The notes beneath the pieces are model-generated. The model saw only the letters and a list, made by a program, of their open reading frames with translations, was not told where the DNA came from and made no database searches. The position numbers and the translations under genes are program-made. A stretch of 64,000 nucleotides of DNA from an uncultured Gammaproteobacteria bacterium (GTDB lineage Bacteria; Patescibacteriota; Microgenomatia; CAYFQP01), in assembly GCA_964345375.1 (NCBI GenBank), contig CAYFQP010000003.1:8875-72874 (forward strand), given 5' to 3'. Shown here piece after piece: positions 37,023 through 45,079 of the stretch (positions are counted from its first letter, which is position 1; each line of letters begins with the position of its first letter).

Positions 37023-39368
37023 TTAAAGCCTGGCCCGACGGGCGATTTCATTCTCCACTTCTTGTCGAGGAGCACCGTATTTCAACCGCGACATCTCCTT
37101 AATAATCTCGGCTACTCTTTCGCTTGCCTGAGCTTCTTCCTTTTTAAGGTCTTTAGTCGTATCCAAGGAAAAAGGCGTCACTGGCTGGCCTTCAACCACG
37201 GTCTTAACATAAGCATGGAAGCGCTCAATATTCAATAAGTCTGGTTCAGAGAAAGTCGGGCTGAATTCATGTTGGAGAAAAGAGGCATCAGCCACCCCTA
37301 CTTGGAAAGCAACCACGGTGCCGACATTGCCGAAAACCGCATTTTTAACCTCTTCTTCAACCTGACCAATAAATTGATTAGCAACTGTTAAATTAAGATG
37401 GTACTTCCGCGCCTCAGAAAGAATGGTGGCAAAATCAGGGGTAGCAAAATTCTGAAACTCATCAACATAGAGATAAAAGTCCCGGCGTTGTTTCTCGGGA
37501 ACATCGGTTCGGCTCATAGCCGCCATTAGAATCTTGGGAACTAAGACTAGACCTAAAAAGTTTGAATTCTCCTCTCCCAATTTACCTTTGGCGAGATTGA
37601 TAATCAAAATTTTACCTTCATCCATAACTTTTCGGAAATCAAAAGCTGACTCTGACTGGCCAATGATATTCCGCATGGTTTTATTGGTAACAAACCGGCC
37701 GAATTTAGAAACAGTGTAATCTAAAACCTCAGATTTATGGAAATCAGCTGTCTGGGCAATCTGGTCGGTCCAGTAGCGTTTGACCATTTGGTCAGTTACT
37801 TTAGGCAATAAGGCTTTAACAAAAGATGAATCTGTTAACGCCCGGACAACCTCGACAAAAGTATTGCCTGGTTCAGACATTACTGTCAGCATCGCATTCC
37901 GAATGGCGTGCTCAAAACGAGGGCCAATAATTCCGGTTTTATAAGGGTCATAGAGCTTGTACATCAAATTGATAATTGCCGTGGTGACAAAATGTTTCTC
38001 GTCTTCATTCCTTGCTTCTAGCAAATTCAGTCCCATTGGTCTTTCTGTATCTGAGGGATCAAAATAAATCACTTCTTCGGCTCTCTCGGGAGGAATGTAA
38101 GCCAATAGCTCTTCGGCTAAATCATGAGGGTCAATTAAACAAACTCCTTTCCCAGCCTTAAGGTCTTGAAGAATCATCGTCTTCATTAATTCCGTCTTCC
38201 CGGTTCCTGTTTTACCAATAATATAAACATGGCGGAGTCTGTCTTTATCAGTCAGGTGAACACTTCTTTCCACGCCTCGATAAGTACTTCGGCCAGCAAA
38301 TAAGCCAGTGGTCGCAATTTCAGCTGGTGCGGGGGCAGCTTTAGCCGCTAACCAATAAATATGAGGAGTTTCAACAGTTTTATTAGGCAGATGAAAAATG
38401 GTCGCCAATTCTTCAGAATTAAGAATTGTCTGGTTTCCAAAGAGTCTAATCATTGGTTGATAACGATAAATAAAATCATTCATAAAAGCGATCTTAAATC
38501 TGATTTTTTTACTCGAAAAACTATTATGACCTGAAGAAAATTGCTCAAAGGCAGATTTGATATTGCTCAAATGGGCTTTAGCTGATTCTTGAGTATTCGA
38601 GCAAACAACAATTCTGACTGTTGTTTCAAAGCCAGGTTTAGAACATTTGTTTTCAATTGCTTCTAGAGTCTTAGCATCAACCTTATACTTAGCTTTTTCC
38701 GGATCAGCCTCTTCTTTCTTTGTCTTGGTAACAAAACTTTTTCCGGCTGAACGCCACTTTTTTCCAGCCGGACTAATTAAAATCTGAATTGCTGCTCCTT
38801 CTCCCTCCTGCATTTTGGCTAGGGCGGCAGTAATCGAAGAAAGAGGGTCAGTCGGCAATTCCCGGTAGACCTTAATCGGATAAAATGGAGCCTGTTTAAG
38901 ACCCAAACTGGCAAAGGCGACTTTGCCTTCCTTGGAAAAAATATTGTATTCTTTAACTTCTTTAATTTCTGCCTCAGGATAGGCACCGTTGATTTGTTTC
39001 TCGATCAAATCACGGAGTCTGCGGGGACAAGAAACATAGAAACGGATGTCTTCAGGTAAAGCAACAATTTCAAAGGTAAAGTGGTCCTGGGCTTTAAGAA
39101 AGGAAAGCTTGCCACCCTTTTTAATGGCGTACAAGCTGGCAAACATTTGTTCGGCAACATCAATTTTAATTTCATTATCTCGAGGAAGAGCTAGTTGTAA
39201 AAGGACAAAGTCAAGAGATCTCTTTTCTCTGCCGCGATAGTATTTAAAAAAAATAAAAAAGAGATAGCCTAGACCAACTAAAACTAGACCAGTTATTATC
39301 AGAACGACAACCAGGATTATCGTCAACTGAAAAAGATAATTAAAATCAGGTAGTGGGTTCATGACCAA
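37023..39368 (-). CDS. membrane-anchored P-loop ATPase, type IV secretion coupling-protein-like (VirD4/TraG/TraD or HerA/DUF87 family)
   Basis: N-terminal TM helix, Walker A IIGKTGTGKTE, Walker B LYVDEFQNF. Confidence 0.5.
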   Translation of the reverse strand: MVMNPLPDFNYLFQLTIILVVVLIITGLVLVGLGYLFFIFFKYYRGREKRSLDFVLLQLALPRDNEIKIDVAEQMFASLYAIKKGGKLSFLKAQDHFTFEIVALPEDIRFYVSCPRRLRDLIEKQINGAYPEAEIKEVKEYNIFSKEGKVAFASLGLKQAPFYPIKVYRELPTDPLSSITAALAKMQEGEGAAIQILISPAGKKWRSAGKSFVTKTKKEEADPEKAKYKVDAKTLEAIENKCSKPGFETTVRIVVCSNTQESAKAHLSNIKSAFEQFSSGHNSFSSKKIRFKIAFMNDFIYRYQPMIRLFGNQTILNSEELATIFHLPNKTVETPHIYWLAAKAAPAPAEIATTGLFAGRSTYRGVERSVHLTDKDRLRHVYIIGKTGTGKTELMKTMILQDLKAGKGVCLIDPHDLAEELLAYIPPERAEEVIYFDPSDTERPMGLNLLEARNEDEKHFVTTAIINLMYKLYDPYKTGIIGPRFEHAIRNAMLTVMSEPGNTFVEVVRALTDSSFVKALLPKVTDQMVKRYWTDQIAQTADFHKSEVLDYTVSKFGRFVTNKTMRNIIGQSESAFDFRKVMDEGKILIINLAKGKLGEENSNFLGLVLVPKILMAAMSRTDVPEKQRRDFYLYVDEFQNFATPDFATILSEARKYHLNLTVANQFIGQVEEEVKNAVFGNVGTVVAFQVGVADASFLQHEFSPTFSEPDLLNIERFHAYVKTVVEGQPVTPFSLDTTKDLKKEEAQASERVAEIIKEMSRLKYGAPRQEVENEIARRARL

Positions 39369-39738
39369 AAATTACTCTTCCTGGATACATTTTAATAATC
39401 CTCTTAGCCCAAGTTAAGAGCCAGCGCAAAGCAGTTGTCACTGGCAGATGCCAATTTTTAGGATCAAGATAAGTTCGTTTAGCGACAGGCAAAACAATTT
39501 TTGGGGGTTGAGCCGAAGGCGCGGTCACCAAAACCTTACCCTTATGGACCACCGGTTTTCTTAACTCAGCCTCTTTCTCTACCCTTTCAAGATAGCCTTC
39601 CTCTCTGGCTTTTTTTTCTTCAAGAATTTCTGGTACTTTTCCGGCTTCAACAACCGGCACCATTCTCGAGACTTCTTCTCGAGGAAGAGCCTTTTCCTTT
39701 TCTTTATCAATTACTGGGGCCTGGGGCAGGTCAACCAT
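39346..39738 (-). CDS. hypothetical protein, overlaps start of VirD4-like ATPase gene by 23 nt
   Basis: 130-aa ORF, Glu/Lys-rich, no known domain. Confidence 0.35.
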   Translation of the reverse strand: MVDLPQAPVIDKEKEKALPREEVSRMVPVVEAGKVPEILEEKKAREEGYLERVEKEAELRKPVVHKGKVLVTAPSAQPPKIVLPVAKRTYLDPKNWHLPVTTALRWLLTWAKRIIKMYPGRVIFGHEPTT

Positions 39739-39747
39739 ATGGAGTAA

Positions 39748-40248
39748 TTATACCATCGACACTTTCTCTTTCTCAATTTCTCCTGAATGTTCAGGAAGCG
39801 TCTTTTGAGGATAGCCTAAGGGCATGAGGCAAAGAATTCTAACTCCTTCTCCAATTCCAAGAAGTTTTTTAACGTATTCCTCGCTCCCTTCTCTTTCTTT
39901 AGTTCTCATCCTTCTTACTTGGACCCAACAAGTGCCCAAGCCTTGATTAGTGGCTTCCAAATAAACTAAGGTAGCGACCACCGAACAATTTTCCACCCAA
40001 CGTTTGTCCTCATCTGAACCAATAACTAAAACCACTGGCGCCTGAGCCGCAAAAGAAGCCCAACGATGGACTCGAGATAATTTTTCTTTAATCTTAGGGT
40101 CTTTAACTAACCATAGTCGCCAGGGTCGACGATTGTGAGCTGAAGGAGCAGTCATTATTGCCTTCAAAATCTCTTTAAGTTTTTTTTCTTCTATCTTTTT
40201 GTCTAAATATTTCCTTAGGCTCCTTCTTTTCTGAATAGCTTTAAGCAT
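39748..40248 (-). CDS. nitroreductase family protein
   Basis: KRRSLRKY, PSAHNRRPWR signature of NADH/FMN nitroreductase fold. Confidence 0.75.
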   Translation of the reverse strand: MLKAIQKRRSLRKYLDKKIEEKKLKEILKAIMTAPSAHNRRPWRLWLVKDPKIKEKLSRVHRWASFAAQAPVVLVIGSDEDKRWVENCSVVATLVYLEATNQGLGTCWVQVRRMRTKEREGSEEYVKKLLGIGEGVRILCLMPLGYPQKTLPEHSGEIEKEKVSMV

Positions 40249-40774
40249 CTTTCCACGCCTCCTCCTTAATTCCTTTTTCCTGATTAATTTTTCTGGCTAA
40301 AACAAAGAGCCAGTCAGATAAACGGTTAAAATAAACTAATATTTTTTCATTAATCTCTTCTTTTTGATTCAAAGTAACTATCTCTTGTTCAACCTGGCGA
40401 GAGACTGTTCGGGCAAGATGAAATAAGGCAGCTAATTTGTCTCCACTTGGAAAGATAAATTTTTTTAATCTCGGCAGTTCTTTTCGCCAAGAATCAATTT
40501 CTTTTTCTAGCTTCCGGGTTTCCCTCAAAGAAAATTTCTTTTTTTGCTTTGCCTTTGCTAATTCTGTTCCGATCGAAAAAAGCTCTTTTTGTCTTTCCCG
40601 AAGAGCCTTTTCTACTTGTCTATCTTCAGCAGCAAAAGCTCTAATTAAACCAAACCAGGAATTCAACTCATCAATTGCTCCGATGGCTCGAAAACGAAGA
40701 TTATTTTTCGGCAAGCAGGTTTTGTCAGCTAACTGAGAAGTTCCTCTATCGCCTTTTCTGGTATAGACTTTCAT
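40241..40774 (-). CDS. ATP:cob(I)alamin adenosyltransferase, PduO type
   Basis: KVYTRKGDRGTS N-terminal motif. Confidence 0.8.
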   Translation of the reverse strand: MKVYTRKGDRGTSQLADKTCLPKNNLRFRAIGAIDELNSWFGLIRAFAAEDRQVEKALRERQKELFSIGTELAKAKQKKKFSLRETRKLEKEIDSWRKELPRLKKFIFPSGDKLAALFHLARTVSRQVEQEIVTLNQKEEINEKILVYFNRLSDWLFVLARKINQEKGIKEEAWKDA

Positions 40775-40780
40775 CCAATG

Positions 40781-43051
40781 TCAACATTTAGTGAAACCAC
40801 AATTAGCGCACTTCGAACAGCCTTCTTCAAAGATTAAGGTTGCCTGACCACAAGCCGGACAAAGGTCTCGACCGTTCTTGAATTTAAAAGAAGGTTGAGT
40901 CACTGCCTCTTTGATCGAACCTGAGCCATTAATCAAAAAATCTTTAAGAACCTTGGCCACGGCATCAGGCAATGACTTTACTCTATTCTGGCCAAAGCCA
41001 ATGCTATTAGCCCCACCAATTTCAGCTAACTGGTCAACTATTTGAGCAAGCATTTCCTTAGTATTGGCGTTAGCGCTTCTTAAATTAAGTGAGATCAACC
41101 GACCAATTGCCTCAGCATCAGCCGTTAGATCCGAACCTGCTTTACCCACACCAACAAAAACCTCAAATGGCTCACCCTTCTCATTTGTATTAATGGTTAC
41201 ATAAGCATTGCCGAGTGGTGTTCGGACTCGATGGGTCATTCCCTGAAGTTTTTCTGGTCTTGGCTTAACAGTCAATTTCTTTTTTTCTTTATCTTTTAGA
41301 CCCAGATGAAGAACCTGGTCTTCTTTGCAACGATCACGAAAGACAGTAATCCCCAAACAACTTGTTTTATAGGCCATTAAAAAGGCTTTTTCTATCTCTT
41401 CGGTGTTAGTCTCGTGGCGAAAATTAATTGTTTTAGAAACCGCATTATCCGTTCCTTTTTGCCAAGCAGCTTGCATCTTAATATGATAGTCCCAAGGAAT
41501 CTCGTGAGCTGTCTGAAAAATCTTCCGCATTCTGAGGGGAATCTCTTTAATCTCCCCCGCCTGACCTTTTTCTTTAACTTCTTCGACCTTAGCCTTCGCA
41601 ATTTTCGCTTTTTTGGCTGCTTCTAGGAAATAACGATTGGTGAAGTACATTTCCCGTTCATCAGTTTTGTGAAGAAAAGCGAGGGCAAAAACAGGTTCAA
41701 TTCCAGAAGAGCAATCAGCCAGAACTGAAATACTTCCAGTCGGCGCAATTGTGGTTACAGTCGCATTCCGAAGCAGTTTCTTTTTTTTATAAATTGATTT
41801 TTCAAAATTAGGAAAAGGGCCTCTCTCTTCAGCCAACTTCTGGCTCTCATCATGACCAATTTTTTGGATAAATAAAGAAAGCCTTTTACCTAAGTTAATC
41901 GCCCTCTTAGTGGCGTAAGGAACTTCTAATTGAAAAAGCATGTCTGCCCAACCCATTACTCCCAAACCAATTCTTCGATTGAGCTTAGCAGCCTCATCTG
42001 TTTCAGGGATAGGAAAAGGATTAACTTCAATGACATTATCCAAAAATCTAACTGCTAAACGGATAACCTTTTCAAGTTTTTGCCAGTCGACTTCTCTTTT
42101 TCTTTTTCCCTTAATCATCAGAGCCAGATTAATACTGCCTAAGTTACAAACCTCATTAGGGTATAAAGGCTGCTCGCCACAGGGATTGGTTGTCTCGACT
42201 GGACCCATTTCCGGAACAGGATTGGCTGAACCCTCATTAATCCTGTCTAACCAGACCATGCCCGGATCACCAGTTAACCAAGCTGATTCAACAATTTTTC
42301 TAAAAACCTCTTTGGCCGAAAGCTGGCCAGTTATCTTATTGTTATGGGGAGCGATCAGGTCGTATTTCTTACCCTCTTTGAGAGCTTTCATAAATTTCTC
42401 GGTCACGCCAACAGAGATATTAAAGTTTCTAATTCCTCCCTCTCTCTTACAATCAATGAATTCAAGAACATCTGGATGGTCAATCCGGAGAACGCCCATG
42501 TTCGCTCCTCGTCTTTTCCCTCCCTGTTTAATCTCATTAGTCGCCTTGTCAAAAACCCTCATAAAAGAAACTGGCCCAGAAGCCACTCCACCACTTCTCC
42601 TAACAACACTCCCTTTTGGCCTTAATCTTGAAAAGGAAAAACCAGTCCCCCCACCTGATTGATGAACAATGGCCGCGTATTTGACGGCATTAAAAATTTC
42701 AATAATCGAATCACCAACCGGAAGGACATAACAAGCCGAGTACTGAAGCTTAGTTTCCTTACCAGCGTTCATTAAAGTCGGTGAGTTGGGTAAAAAATCT
42801 CTCTTGACTAGTAAATCATAGAATTCTCGGGTTAACTTCTTTACCCTCTTTTTATCTTGGCCAAAGTTAAGTTCAGCAGAGGCGATTTCTTTGGCCACTC
42901 GATAGCACATCCCTTCAGGAGTCTCCATAATCCGACCTTGTTTATTTCTCCAAAGATATCTTTCTTCTAAGACCTTAATCGCCTGAGGGCTCCACTTGCC
43001 TTTAGACCAACCCCTTGGAGCTGATTTTAATCTCTTTTTCTTTTTAGCCAT
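40781..43051 (-). CDS. nrdJ: adenosylcobalamin-dependent ribonucleotide reductase (class II)
   Basis: Ten-stranded barrel motifs (SACYVLPVGDS, GGGTGFSFSRLRPKG, NPCGEQPL), C-terminal CxxC-x14-CxxC zinc ribbon. Confidence 0.85.
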   Translation of the reverse strand: MAKKKKRLKSAPRGWSKGKWSPQAIKVLEERYLWRNKQGRIMETPEGMCYRVAKEIASAELNFGQDKKRVKKLTREFYDLLVKRDFLPNSPTLMNAGKETKLQYSACYVLPVGDSIIEIFNAVKYAAIVHQSGGGTGFSFSRLRPKGSVVRRSGGVASGPVSFMRVFDKATNEIKQGGKRRGANMGVLRIDHPDVLEFIDCKREGGIRNFNISVGVTEKFMKALKEGKKYDLIAPHNNKITGQLSAKEVFRKIVESAWLTGDPGMVWLDRINEGSANPVPEMGPVETTNPCGEQPLYPNEVCNLGSINLALMIKGKRKREVDWQKLEKVIRLAVRFLDNVIEVNPFPIPETDEAAKLNRRIGLGVMGWADMLFQLEVPYATKRAINLGKRLSLFIQKIGHDESQKLAEERGPFPNFEKSIYKKKKLLRNATVTTIAPTGSISVLADCSSGIEPVFALAFLHKTDEREMYFTNRYFLEAAKKAKIAKAKVEEVKEKGQAGEIKEIPLRMRKIFQTAHEIPWDYHIKMQAAWQKGTDNAVSKTINFRHETNTEEIEKAFLMAYKTSCLGITVFRDRCKEDQVLHLGLKDKEKKKLTVKPRPEKLQGMTHRVRTPLGNAYVTINTNEKGEPFEVFVGVGKAGSDLTADAEAIGRLISLNLRSANANTKEMLAQIVDQLAEIGGANSIGFGQNRVKSLPDAVAKVLKDFLINGSGSIKEAVTQPSFKFKNGRDLCPACGQATLIFEEGCSKCANCGFTKC

Positions 43052-43139
43052 TTTTAAAAATAACCTCTTTGGTTACAATCACAGACCTCAAAATAAAAAC
43101 CTGCCTGGACAGAAGCCTCTTAATCTAAAGAAGCATTTT

Positions 43140-43203
43140 TCACTATAGCACAGTTTTCAACGAGGCTGTCAACTAGCAATTAAAATATCAAACTATAGCA
43201 GAT
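43140..43203 (-). promoter_or_regulatory. two tandem extended -10 elements (TGCTATAGT) upstream of nrdJ
   Basis: Minus strand TGCTATAGT at ~43142-43150 (with TTGACA 19 nt upstream) and again ~43190-43198. Confidence 0.35.
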
Positions 43204-43321
43204 TAAAGACCTTTACCTTTGGGGTGAAAATTAATAAAAAGCAGGAGCCGTCACCAAAATCGAACAACCTTTCCACTCAAAAAAGTCAACTTGCTTGTTC
43301 TTTGTCCTTAACTATTGTCTC

Positions 43322-43969
43322 TTAATCTTTACCCAAAACTTCGGTCACCTTCTCATAACCCTGTTGGGAATATTTTAACGCCTCTTTGATAACCGACTGG
43401 GTCTTTTCAGGCACCTTAAAAACAATTTCACTTAAAACCTCCTGATGTTTGAGAGTCGCCTTTGCCAGGGTTTCATAAAGTTCAGTTGTCTCCTTCCCCG
43501 CCTCGCTCGCTTTTTCAGCCTGGATGATTGCTTGCTCTAAATATTTCTCGCCTTTAGTCAGAGTAGAAACCCCTAAATCAGTCTTACCTCCCTCAACTAA
43601 GGCCTTTCCTGCTCCCAGTCTCTTATCAGCAAAGAGAAGAAGCCGTTTTGCCCTAGCCACTGGATCGAAAGTCAAAAATAAGAGAATCCGGTCCCGAATC
43701 ATTTTCAGAGGGTAGAATAAATGATCAGGTAAAATTCCCGGATAAACTAAATAATAATCAACTTTCGGTTCTGGACTAACCGTCGCTTCTGGTGAAGGCT
43801 CTGCATTTGGTTCGGCCGTGGTTTCTGCTGGTAGAACCCGATAAGAAGGAGATGATTGAGCAGTGGTCGTGCCAACAATAGAGGTAATTAAAACAGTAAA
43901 GGCGAAAATCAAAACCGCAGAGACAATAACTAAATTCTTAAAAGTAAGCCTTTTTTTAATCTTTTCCAC
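43322..43969 (-). CDS. hypothetical secreted/anchored protein (DUF5667-like)
   Basis: N-terminal TM/signal, Pro/Glu/Thr-rich linker, helical C-terminal domain. Confidence 0.4.
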   Translation of the reverse strand: MEKIKKRLTFKNLVIVSAVLIFAFTVLITSIVGTTTAQSSPSYRVLPAETTAEPNAEPSPEATVSPEPKVDYYLVYPGILPDHLFYPLKMIRDRILLFLTFDPVARAKRLLLFADKRLGAGKALVEGGKTDLGVSTLTKGEKYLEQAIIQAEKASEAGKETTELYETLAKATLKHQEVLSEIVFKVPEKTQSVIKEALKYSQQGYEKVTEVLGKD

Positions 43970-44026
43970 CCCCCTTCTGACAGTACTAAAATCTTAAACA
44001 ATCTCTAATCAGAATGTCAAGAAAAT

Positions 44027-44218
44027 TCACTGATGGATTTCAATGAATTTTTCAAAACTTCGGTCATAACTCTTTTCAATCTCAGCAGGAAAACAGCAAG
44101 CCGGCAGTTCATTTCTGTTCAGGTGATATTTAAGACAATCACAACACTTCCCTTTCCTATCACAGCCTGGATAGGTACAAGGGCAGTTTTTGAGATTCTC
44201 ATCAATCTGACATTTCAT
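44027..44218 (-). CDS. small cysteine-rich protein (10 Cys)
   Basis: CPCTYPGCDRKGKCCDCLKYH...PACCF. Confidence 0.4.
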   Translation of the reverse strand: MKCQIDENLKNCPCTYPGCDRKGKCCDCLKYHLNRNELPACCFPAEIEKSYDRSFEKFIEIHQ

Positions 44219-44880
44219 CTAAACAAAATTATTGGCCAAGCCCAAAAAACATGAAGTAGAATTGAGGCAGTAATTGTCTTCGTCCGAGCAAAAACTAAGG
44301 CTGAGGCAAGACCAAAAATAAAGATCAAGACTAGAAAGGCAATCATCTGCTCAAAATTATAATGGAAAACAAAATAAGTTATCGGCAGGTGAACCAGGGC
44401 CCAGCCAAAGCTAGTAATTAAATTCGCCGCCCATTCGTTTTTTAAAATTTGCCAAAGACGGTTAAAAATATAACCCCGAAAAGCCGTTTCTTCAGAAATG
44501 GCTGTCACCAAGGAAACGCCCATTGCCACCAACAGAACCGATAGACTCTGGTATTGAAGATTAACGAAAGAAAAACTGTGATATTTTAACCAATGGGTGA
44601 ATAAACCCTCAAAAGCAAATAAAAGGCCTAAGCCAATCCCCAAATAAAGACTTTTAAAAAGATTCTTCGTTGACCAACCGATTGAGTCCAAACTCTTATT
44701 CTCTCGCCAAAGTAAAAACATCACCGGTCCCAACCAAATGATTGGTTTAAGGATTAGTTCTTCAATTTCCTCAGGCAAACGGAAGAGGTAACGATAGAAG
44801 CCCCAAACCAGGAGAATAAAAACATAAAGAAGAGTGACTCGCTTGAGTTCAACTTTACTACTTATCCTTTTTGACTTCAT
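44215..44880 (-). CDS. CPBP family intramembrane metalloprotease (CAAX protease/Abi)
   Basis: EETAFRGY (EExxxR) and WALVH motifs, multiple TM. Confidence 0.75.
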   Translation of the reverse strand: MKSKRISSKVELKRVTLLYVFILLVWGFYRYLFRLPEEIEELILKPIIWLGPVMFLLWRENKSLDSIGWSTKNLFKSLYLGIGLGLLFAFEGLFTHWLKYHSFSFVNLQYQSLSVLLVAMGVSLVTAISEETAFRGYIFNRLWQILKNEWAANLITSFGWALVHLPITYFVFHYNFEQMIAFLVLIFIFGLASALVFARTKTITASILLHVFWAWPIILFR

Positions 44881-44903
44881 GACATAATTAATATATCACA
44901 AAA

Positions 44904-45047
44904 CTAGACTCCTAAAAAGCCCAAGGAGCCAAAAATTATTGACAGGATATAAAGAATTAACAAACCACCAGCGAAACTTACTACTCCAAGGATCACCATC
45001 CAAAGAATTTGATTGACGCCTCTATCTTCCCCTGTCATTAAAGTCAT
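44904..45047 (-). CDS. possible 47-aa small membrane protein
   Basis: Minus-strand ORF MTLMTGEDRGVNQILWMVILGVVSFAGGLLILYILSIIFGSLGFLGV, below ORF-track cutoff. Confidence 0.2.
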   Translation of the reverse strand: MTLMTGEDRGVNQILWMVILGVVSFAGGLLILYILSIIFGSLGFLGV

Positions 45048-45079
45048 TATATCAGTTATCTTTGATATAATACAGGGAT

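Noticed and set aside
36845-37102. 85-aa plus-strand ORF
   Set aside because: It overlaps the tRNA-Ile gene and the 3' end of the VirD4-like gene; it is a translation artefact
41940-42662. 240-aa antisense ORF inside nrdJ; similar shadow ORFs inside ftsH (31332-31862), copA (3548-3952), the VirD4-like gene and others
   Set aside because: They lie entirely within, and antisense to, well-supported genes and have low-complexity or Ser/Pro/Leu-rich composition typical of shadow ORFs
43052-43321. Cobalamin riboswitch or NrdR boxes upstream of nrdJ
   Set aside because: There is no B12-box-like conserved core. The ACTATAGCA repeats match the first half of the NrdR box only, are 48 bp apart, and are better explained as tandem extended -10 promoters (TGCTATAGT)
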